Assembly: GCA_030295235.1 (NCBI GenBank)
Contig: AP026162.1
Coordinates: 2,418,001 to 2,482,000, forward strand
Source: Fistulifera solaris
Lineage: Eukaryota
DNA: 64,000 nt
Direction: 5' to 3'
Positions 1-11,983 of this stretch are shown one piece after another; within the stretch, counting starts at the first letter, position 1, and each line of letters starts with the position of its first letter. Under the pieces are notes generated by a model. It was not told where the DNA came from. It worked only from the letters and a program-made list of their open reading frames with translations, and did no database searches. The position numbers and the translations under genes were made by a program.

Positions 1-1
1 T

Positions 2-454
2 GCCATTGATCAAGCGGCTCCCAATCCGACCCTCTGTGCCAAATTGGGAGCGTCCGCCATGGCCTTTGATCAACGTGTCTTTGTTTCCTTCAATCCTTTT
101 AATGTCTATGTCTCACAAGCAGATGTGAAACCTGCCTGTGTGTTGCGGGAAGCCAATGTGGTGCCCGTCTTACGGGCGAAAGGTCTGATCAATGATCAAG
201 AAGTCCGGGCGTGCAAACAAAATATGAATACGTGGGCCTTTGTTGGAAATTTAGAAGATACACCCCAATTGAGTTGTGTGTACAAATCACAAGATGCGCA
301 AAACGAATTCTTGTCCAATCCCAAACTGGGAATTGGAGAAGATTATTTAGACGATGATCGGGCGTTGGGCAAGAACATCAAAGGGACCATGACGGAAGGA
401 CAAGTGGCGCGGAAACTGAACAATGCGGGGGCATTTGAATTTCCGATTCAATAA
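2..454 (+). CDS. 3' part of a protein of unknown function (open from the window edge)
   Basis: Frame is open from position 2 (AIDQAAPNPTLCAKLGASAMAFDQRVFVSF...) to TAA at 452-454. Composition is protein-like; no family recognised. Confidence 0.65.
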   Translation, partial: AIDQAAPNPTLCAKLGASAMAFDQRVFVSFNPFNVYVSQADVKPACVLREANVVPVLRAKGLINDQEVRACKQNMNTWAFVGNLEDTPQLSCVYKSQDAQNEFLSNPKLGIGEDYLDDDRALGKNIKGTMTEGQVARKLNNAGAFEFPIQ

Positions 455-538
455 TAAGAGTAGTATGAAAGAAATAAGAAGGAAGAGACAATTCTTTTAT
501 GATTTGTGGCCTCTACTTCAATTGATATCGTTCTACAG

Positions 539-1181
539 CTACGACTTGTCGTTTACTTCCTCCTTCGGCGCCGGCCGATGGATCAAAGCGGCGCCATTGA
601 TACAGAAACGAGGTAGATACGCTCCCCGACCGGGGGTCCGTCACAGGACTTTTTTGCAAAACATCGGCAGAAACAGTTTCGGGACGAGGACCATCCATAA
701 AGACATGACCCAAATGGGACGAACACCTCCGACAGCGACATTCCAAACGATTGTCCCATTCTCGTTTGTACGACACCGATGTTTCTTCGAACGAACGCCA
801 AAACGAAGGCCATCCGGAACCGGAATCGTATTTTGCATTCGCCGCAAAAGAGGTGCTCCGCAATACGCGCACGCAAAAATATCGTCGGGTGCATATTTGC
901 CGTAATTGAGGGGGGGACGTCATGGCCAGTTCTGTGAGACCCAATCGTAAGACCAACAATCGCAGAGGATTCCATGTTTGTACTTCATAATCGTCCTTTG
1001 TATTTACATTTTCGCTGCTTTTCGGCGAAAACATGGGAAGACAGGGCATGGTCTTATTATTTGAACGAGTGTTTCGATGCGCCAGGGGAAAGGAATTTGA
1101 AAGGGTAGCCAAAACGAAAACGAAAATCAATAACGATAGCACACTTCTTGTTCGTTTGCTGAGGTGAGCACAGGGATTCAT
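539..1181 (-). CDS. msrB: Peptide methionine sulfoxide reductase B, probably plastid-targeted; contains three apparent single-base frameshifts
   Basis: KYDSGSGWPSF, CRRCSSHLGHVFMDGP in the main frame. CAYCGAPLF lies in an alternative frame at ~850-910 and catalytic RFCING in another frame at ~590-612. N-terminal hydrophobic signal ends ...SNSF. Confidence 0.92.
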
Positions 1182-1767
1182 GGCTAAACAACTATGTCAA
1201 AATCGTTATGATGAGATGAAATGAAGAGAAAAAGGAAAGTGTTATAACAAGAATGAATCATCATCATCATCATCGTCCTCATTCTTTTCATCATCATCGT
1301 CAGTCGCATCGATCTTTACCGTTGTATATTTCACACTGTAGTCCGATACCGGACAGACGAACAGTTATACTTTCTGCACCCGGATCCTTTTCTCAACAAC
1401 AGAAAACGAAAAGCAACACCGGAGACAAAAGCAACGCTCTACACGAACCGAACTTCGCCGCTCACCAATTCAACTTGCCGCAAAATTTAATTCCTATGAA
1501 CATGTAGGTGATTGATGAAAAGAAAAAAGAATATACTGGTACGGAGTATTATAAAAACGCACTCGCCGTGCGGTGCGCTGTTATATGGCGTGATTGTGAC
1601 GTACGACGGTTAGACGGACCGCGACCGCGCGATGCGATATCGCCGCCTTTTTTCGTTGAAGATCGCCAGACGCCGAAATTCTTGCCCGTGGTGAGCGGGA
1701 ATAAGCACACTCTTTTCGTCGATCGAATGAATAGAATGAATCATCATCATCATCATCCAACAGAATC

Positions 1768-3252
1768 ATGTCGATGACTCTTCCTTCGAAACAAAACAAG
1801 ACTTCACTCATGGAACTCATTCATCGCTCGCGACTTGAGCCGCAACAAATTGCCGTGCGCAAGGGCGAAGAGTTACCGACCTACAAGTTGTTGCGGACGC
1901 CCGAGACACTCGACGAGTTGAATTCGGACACCGCAATTTGGATGGAGAACGGGACACTGGTGGTCGTGGGTGGCTTTTTTCATGCCATCCATGGCGACTA
2001 CTCAGTTTCCGAAATGTTTGGAACTGAGATCTTTTGTCACCATTGAAATCTTTGGCGATGCGGACGATGCGATTGTCGAGACGGCGGTGTACTTTGGAAG
2101 TTTGCGCACTTCCAGAAAAGACGAAGTAAAAGATCTTTCCATCAAATACAGCGAGGAAATCGACTTTGACGCTGCCCGCTCGGAGCGGCTGGCTGCGTTG
2201 TTCCAGCCGGCGTCACAAATGAAGATAACATTCCTCTCAAAAGTGGACAAGTTTCTCTCGGCGGTTCTTGCAACGCGACCATATCCGATTGATTTAGAGT
2301 TCGAGACATCGCCGTTTGATGCAGGGGCATTTTTGAGCACCTCGAAAGCCGTACCACATCGTTCGGATCTCTTTCGTTGGGTTACTTGGAGCTCAGCAAG
2401 CAGCTTCAACAACGCCTGTTCCATCATCTGCATTTGTTCGAGCACCTACAGATCAACGGTCTACCGCGTGAGCTGATTCTCAAACTCTTGGCGGCACCGA
2501 TGAAAAGTATTGGTTTTACTCTGAATCACAAAACGGCGCGGATGAATGTGGCAAAGTCCGACATTGTGGCCACGATCATCCGTATCGAATCCTTCAATGA
2601 TGTAAACCCGAATCCGTTTCTGCAGTCATTTTTGAAACGAGTGACGGAGACGCGTCATTTGGAAAGCCTTTCGCTGACGTTGCATGAAGGTTATTATGAC
2701 ACCGTTACGATCGAACAGACGTTGATTCGAGCAGTGCGTGTGAATCAGAATCTGAAGCACTTGGAATTCATGGCTTGCGAACATCAATGGGGAAGATGCA
2801 TCCAGCAGCTCTTTGTTGTCGCGGAAACTCATGAAAGCCTGCGTTCCATGAAGATCAAAAGCTACCCGGATGGTTACGACCCCCAGTACAAGTGGCTGAA
2901 ACGGTTGCTGACACGAAATCGGTATCTGAAGGTGACCGATATTCTTTACGGTGAAATCGAAGCTGACGAAGAAACCTTTCGCATCTATAATTTGAATCAG
3001 TTCTTTCGCGATTCGAAGAAACTCAAAGAAGCGCCGGCAACCATTCGACCGTCTCTAGTGGGAATGGCTTTGACGGATGAGTACATGAACGACCACCAGC
3101 GTACGGGGCTCTTGTTGTCCGATCACGTCGATGTATTGTGTAAGCTGGTGCACCCGGTAGTGAACTTTGGTGAAGAAATCGTCGGTGAAGTGGATATGGA
3201 GGATGAAAATTTGTCATCGGCTGCAGCGTTGCGGAAGAGAAAGACCACGTGA
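1768..3252 (+). CDS. Expanded unannotated RNI/LRR-like family, copy A (subfamily II), split by about two frameshifts
   Basis: ORFs 1768, 1970 and 2377 join into one ~495-aa paralog: LPTYKLLRTP, IFGDADDAIVETA, TRPYP, YPDGYDPQYKWLKRLLTRNR, LLLSDHVDVLC, C-terminal RKRK. Confidence 0.8.
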
Positions 3253-3702
3253 AGTGACACAATCCGTAATCCGTAGTCAATGCTTGATACACCTATGATC
3301 GAAAAGTAGCGCACATTATATCTCTATATTTCTAGGCGTTCTGGCTTTCCGATTGCTTTAGATGTAGGATGTAGTTGGTTTCTTCGTTTCATCCTCGCGA
3401 AAAACTAAAGAGCCACGCGACCCGAAGCCCTTTCTTATTCCATTCCTCTACTGCCTCTACATCTACAAAGTATTCACCCAAGATTCCCCAAATGGAATCA
3501 CGATTTAGTGTCGTACCAGCATCAAAAAGCACTTTCTGGGGTACAGTAATGACCAGTGACCTTTTTGGACAGAATGACCGATTTTTTTCGCACACGGGAC
3601 AAGAAGCCGCATTTCGGTGATGTCAATCGAAAATCGAAGTGCACTTTTGCATTCTCTCTTGTACAACACAAGTAAATCATTTCTTAGCGGTTACTAAACA
3701 TC

Positions 3703-5311
3703 ATGTCGAGTGCAATCGATGATTCCTTATTCGAGTTGATTCCGGAATCCCAAGTCGCGCCCGATCAAGTCACCAAGTATCGCAGCAATGGCGAAGTATG
3801 GCCGGCTTACAAGTTTCGGAGAACTCCAGAAAGCGTCAGCGATTTCGGCGTGAGCAACTTCGGCGAAAGCAAGCCTGAGATCTCAGTGCTACAAGAAAAC
3901 GGAACACGTATTTTGATGGTTGATTCCTATATCGAATGGTATTGCGATGCCATAGCCATTGATCCAGCTACATTTCGCTTCAAACGTAATGTGAAACTCG
4001 CCAAGGATGAACGGTGCTGTTTATTGTTCTTGGACGAATGGAATTTCGCAATCATCGGGACATCCGATCATGCGATTGCGGAGACGGCTACGTTTCTCTG
4101 GAGCTTAAAAAAGACGGTGGTTGGATGTGAGAATCTTGGGTCCGAAGAATCATTTTGATTTCAGCGTCGTTTCACTCGACCAGCTGACTGTTCTGTTTCA
4201 ATCCCGCCCGCGAATGGCGATCAAATTGCAGGTACACAACATTAACCCCGATCAGTCTCGTTTTCTAGCGGATTACCCAGATCGGCTTGATTTGACCTTG
4301 GATCTTTCGAGTGAGGCGTTTGCTGATGGCGGTGATACGTTTGTGGATGTGTTGCTAGAAAGAGAATCTTGGTTTGGTAACTTGACGTTGTTCAACAAAG
4401 ACTATTCAAACAATGAGAATTTTGATCTTCTCCTCCAAGCAGAAGCGCTCGACTCATTAGTTGTGCCATGCGTGCACTCGCCAGAGCTAGTACACCAGGT
4501 TTTTTCTGCATTGGTGAACGAAATTAACGTGACGATTGAAGTTCCAAGAGTTCTGGGTCTCGACTGGACGACAGTAGATATAACTCCGAAGGACATTGCC
4601 GTTAGCTTTCAATTGTTCTATGAATCCGAGGATCAGACTGAGTTTGTGTGCTCCTTTTTGCGTCGGCTGGCGGAGCTGGGGAATTTTCGGAAGTTTGACT
4701 TCAGTCTGTCCCACATGCGTCGAGAGCTGCCCAGGAGGGTAGCCGACGCGCTAGTTGATGCTTTAGTTGCAAACCAAGGATTGGAAGAGCTGGCACTGCA
4801 TCGATCGTGGGAAGCAACGCCGTATTTTGACTCCATAATCAAAGCTGCCGAACGCCATGAAGAACTTGTCTTTCTCAGAATTGATTCATACCCAAAGAAG
4901 ACCGATCCGCAATATGCCATGCTAAGAGGTCTTTTAAACCGGAACAGAAGTATTCGAGTGGTCGATTATGATTTCGAAACGGTGACAAATGGCGATGAGA
5001 TTGATCGGTTGTATGCATTCAACCGTTTCTTTCAAGACTTGCAAAGCTTTCCAATGGAGACTCTTTCATTGCAATCATCACTTTTAGGTGAAGCGTTAAC
5101 TCAAAAAGCTGCTAGTGACTTTCGATGGTCTTCGTTTCTGATGGCGAATCATATGGACTCTCTATGCGAGCTAGTGCAGTATTCATCGCTTCTGTCTTCG
5201 GATACACACGATAATGACACCCCTGAGTGGCCGGCCGACGTTGAGCATGTACTTGCACGTAAACGCAAAATAGGATGTCTGTCATCTCGCCCATGCAAGC
5301 CAAAGCGGTAA
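3703..5311 (+). CDS. Same family, copy B (subfamily I), one frameshift near 4115
   Basis: IIGTSDHAIAETATFLW, FADGGDTFV, LRRLAELG, DPQYAMLRGLLNRNR, YAFNRFF, FLMANHMDSLCEL, basic tail RKRK...KPKR. Confidence 0.85.
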
Positions 5312-5716
5312 AAATGAGCAGGAATCGGTCTTGAAGATATTATGAGCGTAGTACGGAAGACATTGGTTGCTACTATCCATTACGCATAATAAAAACGGTG
5401 AGTCTTAGACCTCCTTAAATAAAATCAGAACTTTAAATAGCTTTGCTGGAGTGATTACTTGACCAACTGCTAAGATGCCTAGAGACTTCGGGTATCGCCG
5501 TTCTCTATTTTCTTTCTTTACTTTTCTGTCAATCTCATAGACCTTAGCTCGTGTAGGACTGTCGCACCGCGTCACCGGTCTTTTTTTTTAAAAAAACACA
5601 CACACACACACAAAATGTAGCACGAAAAGTCGAAAGTGTTCAATTGCGCGCGATCCGACTCTGTTGCTAATTGCTCTAGTAGACCCTATTATTACTTCAA
5701 CGAGACGGATTTCTCA

Positions 5717-7234
5717 ATGGCGATTAATCTAGAAAGAGCCCCAGAGTCACTTTTCGGCTTGATTCCACCCTCCCAGTATGCGTCGAGGAAGAAAGCCGGC
5801 GCAAAGGACAGCAAACTGCCCCTCTTTCAATTCTTACGAGTACCTCGAACGATCGAAGAGCTCGAGCCGTACCAACATGGCGTCGTCGTTTCCATGGACA
5901 ACGGGACAATGATATATATCAACAGCGGAAAGAGAACGTCACCAATTCGTGGTTTCGAAAAGTCGTTCACGGTATCCAATTCTCATGTATGTGTTGACAT
6001 AATGCGCGATTCCGATGACTCGGTTGTCGAGACGGCTGTTCTCTTTGGCACCCTGGAGAACACCGACGAGAAAGTTACTTTCGGTTATAACAAAAATATG
6101 AACATGGATTCCACTCGCGCCGATCAACTCGCTTTTATGCTTGACAAAAACTGTGAGAAGAAAATGTGGTTCGACCATACCGATTTCAATCAAGCAGCTC
6201 TGAAAGTTATCGCTACAAGGCCGTACCCGATGGACCTGACCTTAAAATATTGCTTTTTGGATTTTCACGCTTTCACTCATCACCTTGAGGAACGAAGACT
6301 ATCCTTTGGATCCTTTCATTCTATGAATGAATCGCTAGATGAAGAGGAAGTCAGGCCGCTCTTCAACGAGAGTTTTCACGTTAATCTTCTGCCGGTTGAT
6401 CTTGTCCCGAAAATCTTAGGCGCTCCCACGAAAAGTGTCGGATTCTCTTTCATCAACGACGACATTCGGTTATTAGATGTGGTGAATTGCCCTAAAGCTA
6501 TTCGAATCGACTTCGTGTACGAGGAGTTTCCAACAGAGTTCTTGCAATCCTTCTTTGACAAAATTCACGAGTCAGGTCATTTAGAGAGCCTTGAACTCTT
6601 TTTCTTCAGTGACGGACCAGTTCCTAATCATGTCGGAAAGGCATTGCTTGCTGCGGTCGAAGCCAATAGGAAATTGAATAACCTGGTTTTGGCCGATTGT
6701 GGTAGTGATTGTGATGCTTTCGTAAAAGATCTTTTTACGGTCCTCGAAAATCACCAAGAACTGCGTACGTTTGGAGTTTGTCGTTATCCCGTGCGTCTCG
6801 ATCCTGATTTTCTGTGGATGAAGCGACTCCTCGAAACAAATCGAAACTTGGAAATCACGGATACGGATAAGACGAAACTGAGATTTGGCGACGATGAAGT
6901 GCACAATATTATTTCGCTGAACCGCTTTTTTCGTGGATCAAAAAGCTTGATGAGAAAGTTGATGCCTCTCCGATTATCGCTCGTAGTAGCCGCATTGACC
7001 TACAAAGCCGCGCACGATTTTGAGCGCGCCGGGTTACTGTTGAATGATCATTTAGACCTTTTCATTGAGCTTTTGGACGAGAGAACATCCATTGCTTCAA
7101 GGGAAGCTATTGCGGAAGAAATGACGGTTGTAGATCTCCCACCAAATGCTGCTTCCGTAGCCAGCGCTGAGAGTAGTGGGGGACGCCCGCGCAAGAGGAA
7201 GATTGATTCGTCAACTCCTGACGGCACAGTATAG
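5717..7234 (+). CDS. Same family, copy C (subfamily II), intact ~505 aa
   Basis: Uninterrupted ORF from ATG 5717 with all family motifs (LFGLIPPSQ, TRPYP, DPDFLWMKRLLETNR, RAGLLLNDH, RPRKRK). Confidence 0.88.
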   Translation: MAINLERAPESLFGLIPPSQYASRKKAGAKDSKLPLFQFLRVPRTIEELEPYQHGVVVSMDNGTMIYINSGKRTSPIRGFEKSFTVSNSHVCVDIMRDSDDSVVETAVLFGTLENTDEKVTFGYNKNMNMDSTRADQLAFMLDKNCEKKMWFDHTDFNQAALKVIATRPYPMDLTLKYCFLDFHAFTHHLEERRLSFGSFHSMNESLDEEEVRPLFNESFHVNLLPVDLVPKILGAPTKSVGFSFINDDIRLLDVVNCPKAIRIDFVYEEFPTEFLQSFFDKIHESGHLESLELFFFSDGPVPNHVGKALLAAVEANRKLNNLVLADCGSDCDAFVKDLFTVLENHQELRTFGVCRYPVRLDPDFLWMKRLLETNRNLEITDTDKTKLRFGDDEVHNIISLNRFFRGSKSLMRKLMPLRLSLVVAALTYKAAHDFERAGLLLNDHLDLFIELLDERTSIASREAIAEEMTVVDLPPNAASVASAESSGGRPRKRKIDSSTPDGTV

Positions 7235-7247
7235 CCGGCAAAAGAGG

Positions 7248-7315
7248 CATGCTGAGCTTGGCTATGTGATCATGATCTCGAGACATGCTGAGCTTGGCTA
7301 TGCGATCATGATCTC
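7248..7315. repeat. Tandem duplication of a 36-bp unit (about 1.9 copies)
   Basis: CATGCTGAGCTTGGCTATG(T/C)GATCATGATCTC at 7248 and 7284. Confidence 0.9.
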
Positions 7316-7544
7316 AATTCTTGGCACATAATAACACCCGGTCCAAAAATGCATCAGTCTTTGACTTACACCGGGGGCAGTACTCAGGTTCGAGTTAGCC
7401 GTAGCTCGTGCAACTTTTTTCCGTCTGCGCCAATCAACGAAACAGTGTCTCCAAATCTTTTCAGCACAAGCTTACAACTGATGAATTTATAGTTTAAGGA
7501 CTGGAAAGCCTCGAGATTGCTCAGTATGATTGCCGACCACCTCC

Positions 7545-7920
7545 GGCTGTGGTCGGAAGGGCGTTTCATTATGCTATCACATCCAACAAGAAGCTAAGAA
7601 ACTTTGAACTAGACGGGATCCTGCACAAGTGGGACACTATTATCCAGGATCTTTTTGCTGCCTTGAGAAACACGAGGGACTACGAATATTTCGCATCACC
7701 CCTTACTTCCAAGAGCTCGACCCCCAGTTCGCATGGCTCAAGCAGTTGCTCCGGCGGAATCGAAATTTTGAACTCAATAATACACCCATGTGGATACTAG
7801 AAGTGGATCGTGAAAAGCACGAAATCCAGGTATTGAACCGTGCTTACCGGGAACAATAGGGCATAAAATACGATCGTTGCACCTAGGCGCTGACGCATAG
7901 TGTTTCTTACGAATGCCGGC
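7545..7920 (+). pseudogene. Same family, copy D: C-terminal fragment only
   Basis: Frameshifted pieces NKKLRNFEL and LEKHEGLRIFRITPYFQELDPQFAWLKQLLRRNR; no N-terminal region is seen. Confidence 0.75.
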
Positions 7921-8227
7921 GTAATGAACTTTTTGTCGACGTATCCTTGATGAGATAAGAAGATTTGAAGTTTAACGTGAAGGATAAAGTCATAATAATT
8001 GTGTCTATAGAAAGGGAATATGCATTGGAATTATGTCGTATACAACAACAACAAGCTTACGGGACTGAGTTCTAAGTCAAGGGTCGTCATTGGTCTGTAC
8101 CAGTACGACGTGCGACCAGCAGTTTTTGCGCGAACGGCGAGAAACGTTTTCTTTTTTCGACGCGACGACAAAAAGAGAATAATGACTGAAGAAAAAACAG
8201 AGCCATTATCAATCAAGCAAGGAAACA

Positions 8228-9847
8228 ATGTCAAAGAGTAACGCGCCTCCACTCCTGGCTCTAATTCCGCCTACCGATCTGGAGCCGCACCAGATCGCAA
8301 CTACCAAGGAAGGTGTTCCTTTGCCTACGCACACTTTCTTGCGCCCGTTGCGAACGATCGATGAGCTTATGGTTTACGAAAACGGGGCGATTGTCTGGAT
8401 GGAAGAGTATGAGACGTTAGTCGTGATCTATCGTCGATACAATACCTTTGGCCCCCTGGATATCAAGTACTTGAAGTTCTTTCAGTTGTATTTGCAGTTT
8501 GACGAGGGAGCGGTAGGAATTCGAATTTTTGGCAGCGAAAATGGTATCATCGACTCTGCTTTACATTTTGCGAACGTCGAAGTTTCTGAAAAAGAAAATT
8601 GACTTCCATTATGATTCATTACAGCGAGCACTTGAGTTTTGACGCTAGTCATGCGATGCATTCAGGCCTCTTGCTAGACGCGTTCTCAACAAAGCGTGTT
8701 GCCCTCAATGCTGTTACCATTAATAATGTCTTGGCCCGTGTTCTCGCTACTCGGCCTTATTCGATTGTATTGACTGTGCCGAACTCAACCATGGATTTTG
8801 AAGCGTTTACGGACCATCTTCAAGGCCGTACGGCAAGTTTTGGTTCTTTGTCTTTGCCAAGTTCATTGGAGGATCACGACATGCTCCGACTTTCCGATCA
8901 TCTGCACCTCTTTGAGAGTATTGACGTCACGGATGCTTCAAGCGAATTTATGTGAAAGCTTCTGTCTGCACCCTTAAAAAAACTTTATTTCACAGTTGGC
9001 CCAAAAACAAGCGAGACGGATTGCTCGACAGTAAACATTATCCCCAAGGAGATTCAGATGCTAGTTGATTCAGCCGATGAGTTTCCGACCCGATTCGTCG
9101 TCCTTTCTCTATCGAGTGGCTCAATGCAAACATTTAGATGAATTCTTTTTGATTTCGAGAAACCTTTCCATTCCAGCGTACTCAGGAAGGGCTCTCGTGG
9201 ATGCTGTGGCCGCTAATCAAAAATTGAGACATTTGAGCTTGATTTTTTCTGGGCGTGAATTTGACCCTTCACGCTGAAAGATCTCCCTCGCCTCACTTAG
9301 CAATCACAGAGAACTTCGCACTTTTGAAGTAGCAGGGTACCCGGATCAGCTTGATCCGGAATGGTTATGGGTGAAGCAATTGCTCAAACGAAATCGGCTT
9401 ATAGAAGAGATTTTCATCTACCGTGGAAGTCAAAGGTTGCGGGACGAAATTGATGTAATTCACGCGTTGAACCGCTTCTTTCATGGATCGAACGGCTGAA
9501 GAAAGAGGAGGCGATTACTCGACCATCTTTCGTAGGAGCCGCTTTGTTTCGCAACGCCGCAGGACGATTCTCAGCGTGCTGGGTTGCTGTTGGCGGACCA
9601 CGTTGATGTAGTATGCGAGCTTTTCCACGAGGTGGATCCCGCCAGCGAGAATGTCGTGACGGAAGCGGGCTCTGAGGAGGACAGACAGATCTCATCGCCT
9701 TCCGGAAGCAGTAGAGAGCTCAAAGCGCCAAGAGAAATGATGAATTCTGAGCCTTGTATGGAGACTTGTATAGACAAATGTATAGTTCGTGTATATATTC
9801 TTTTGTTCGAATTACCGAAATACAGGATGCCCTTTACTATAGACTAG
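8228..9847 (+). CDS. Same family, copy E (subfamily II), multiple frameshifts; possibly a pseudogene; 3' end uncertain
   Basis: LLALIPPTDLEPHQ, TRPYS, ANQKLRHLSL and LLADHVDVVCEL occur in successive frames. Confidence 0.75.
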
Positions 9848-10118
9848 GTACTTGTACTCATTATTACTACGTATTTAGAATCGCATGTACCTCTCTAGAG
9901 CTGAAAAGGGCGCGATCGACGCGTCGCTATGTCGCGGTCGCAGAGTGGCATTGAATGATTTGTACCGGCACCCGTTACTTAGGAACGATACGTCTTTGGT
10001 ACGCGCTCGCGCTTATTCTTTTGCCGCCTCATTTAATGCGAGTTCGTCTCCGCCACGCCTCTTGCATGAGGATTGCGAGGAGCAAAATACTTATCGGTGT
10101 GCATGCCTGGATGAAACA

Positions 10119-11617
10119 ATGTCGTTACAAGCAAAATCGAATATGACTTCCCCATTGTTCGGTATTATACCGTCATCGGAACTCCAAGAGCACCAGATTG
10201 CAGGAAGAACGGGCAGGATCTACCGACCTACCAGTTTTTACGAGCGCCCTCGACGATCGACGAGCTGGCGCACTACCAGAATGGCGCAGTCATTTGGATG
10301 GAAGAGACTCTCGTTTTGCTGAATCACGGCGAGATATTCGAAGAGTACTCGTTACCGAAAGTTCAACTCACGGAATACTATTTCGCACTCAGCTTTCTGC
10401 TCAGTGATCACACCAAGGTCAATTGTCGGATCTTTGGCGATGTGAAAGGAGTCTTGAAGACAGCTGTCTTCTTTACCAGCTTGGAAGTTTCTGAAGGGAA
10501 GCACTTCATAAATATATCCATCAGTTATCACCGCGGCTTGGTGTTCGATTATTGTCACACGAAGGAGTTTGAGTTGTTGTTTGAATCCATCGCAAACCAG
10601 AATTATCTTTTATCCCTCTTATCTGAACGACTTTGCCACTTATTTCATTACGACACGACCATATCCGATGCATTTGACTTTCCTTGCCACCTACGTGGAC
10701 GGAGAGGAGCTGGTGACGAGTATGCAGGAACGTACGACACCGTTTGGCTCCCTGGAGTTTCACGGCATTTCGCCGATGTTGGAGGCTATACAAGAGATCT
10801 GCCGACATCTTCAGTGGTTCGAACACCTTCAATTCAGTGAATTTCCCGGTGATCTCGTAATCAAGTTACTATCCTCGAATGTCCCCAGTATCGGTTTTGA
10901 TATCGACCGCCGTACGGAAACGTTGGACCTGTCAACGGTAAACATTGTTTCCTCCAAGATTCGTCCTTTCTTCGAGCCGAGAATTTCCCACGAAATTCAT
11001 GTTATCGTTTTTGCATCGAGTGGCCGAACTAGGTCAGCTGGAATGCTTCGAATTCAACCGAACGGATGGCCCTCCGGTTCCGGACGATGTCAAGAATGCA
11101 TTGCTGGCTGCCGTGAGCGGCCAGCAAGAAACTGACCAAGCTGACGTTATCTTCGAGCGACGAATCTCTGATGTGGGACGGTCTAGTGGAAGATCTGTTT
11201 GGCGTTTTGGAAAAACACGAGGCGTTGCGCACATTGCGCATCACCCCGTATCCTACAACACTGGATCCACAGTTCGCTTGGCTCAAGCAATCGTACAAGC
11301 GAAATCGATACATCGATGTCACGGATTCATCAGGAGACAAACTGGAAGCAGACGATGAAGTAGATCAACTGCTTGCGGTAAATCATTTCTTCCGCGGATC
11401 CGAAAAGCTGAAGAAAGAGCCCACAGCTACTCGACTGTCCCTCCTAGGAGCCGCTTTAACGCATAGCGCTGCATCCGACTTGCCACGGGCTGGGCTGCTT
11501 CTGATGCACCATCTGGATTTGATTTGCGAGCTTGTGCACGAAAATGAGTCAACTGGTGAAGCAGAAGATGTCATAATGGAAATGATTGGTAGTGACAGAT
11601 ATGTCGCGCCAGCTTGA
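10119..11617 (+). CDS. Same family, copy F (subfamily II), multiple frameshifts
   Basis: LFGIIPSSELQEHQ, IFGDVKGVLKTA, TRPYP, DPQFAWLKQSYKRNR, RAGLLLMHHLDLICEL. Confidence 0.78.
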
Positions 11618-11983
11618 GTCAAGCAGCGCTGATGGTGAGAAGGCCAGCAGCAATCGCTTCGTTAAGGCTGCTAGAACCAAGCAATTATACGTATTGAACT
11701 TCTGGTGTCATGTTGTTACGTGGTCGCTCATAGACAAGATTTGGCAAGATGTCGATCATGTCGATTGGCTATTTGTTACTCCGTATAACTATACCTTCGT
11801 ACAATGAATCTTGCGTGACTGAGGAGCTCTATGATGTAAGCCCTAACCCTTTATGCGGGTATAGACTCATTTTTGCGCAGAAAATCAAGATCTCATCGCA
11901 AACAACGCGTTTCTTTCATCACAACAAGAGGGACATAAACTTCAGGTCACCTTGAAACTACATTATTTCATCTGCCAAAGTCA

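Noticed and set aside
1253..1777. His-rich short ORFs (MNHHHHH...)
   Set aside because: They are translations of a CAT microsatellite in an intergenic region, with no other coding signal.
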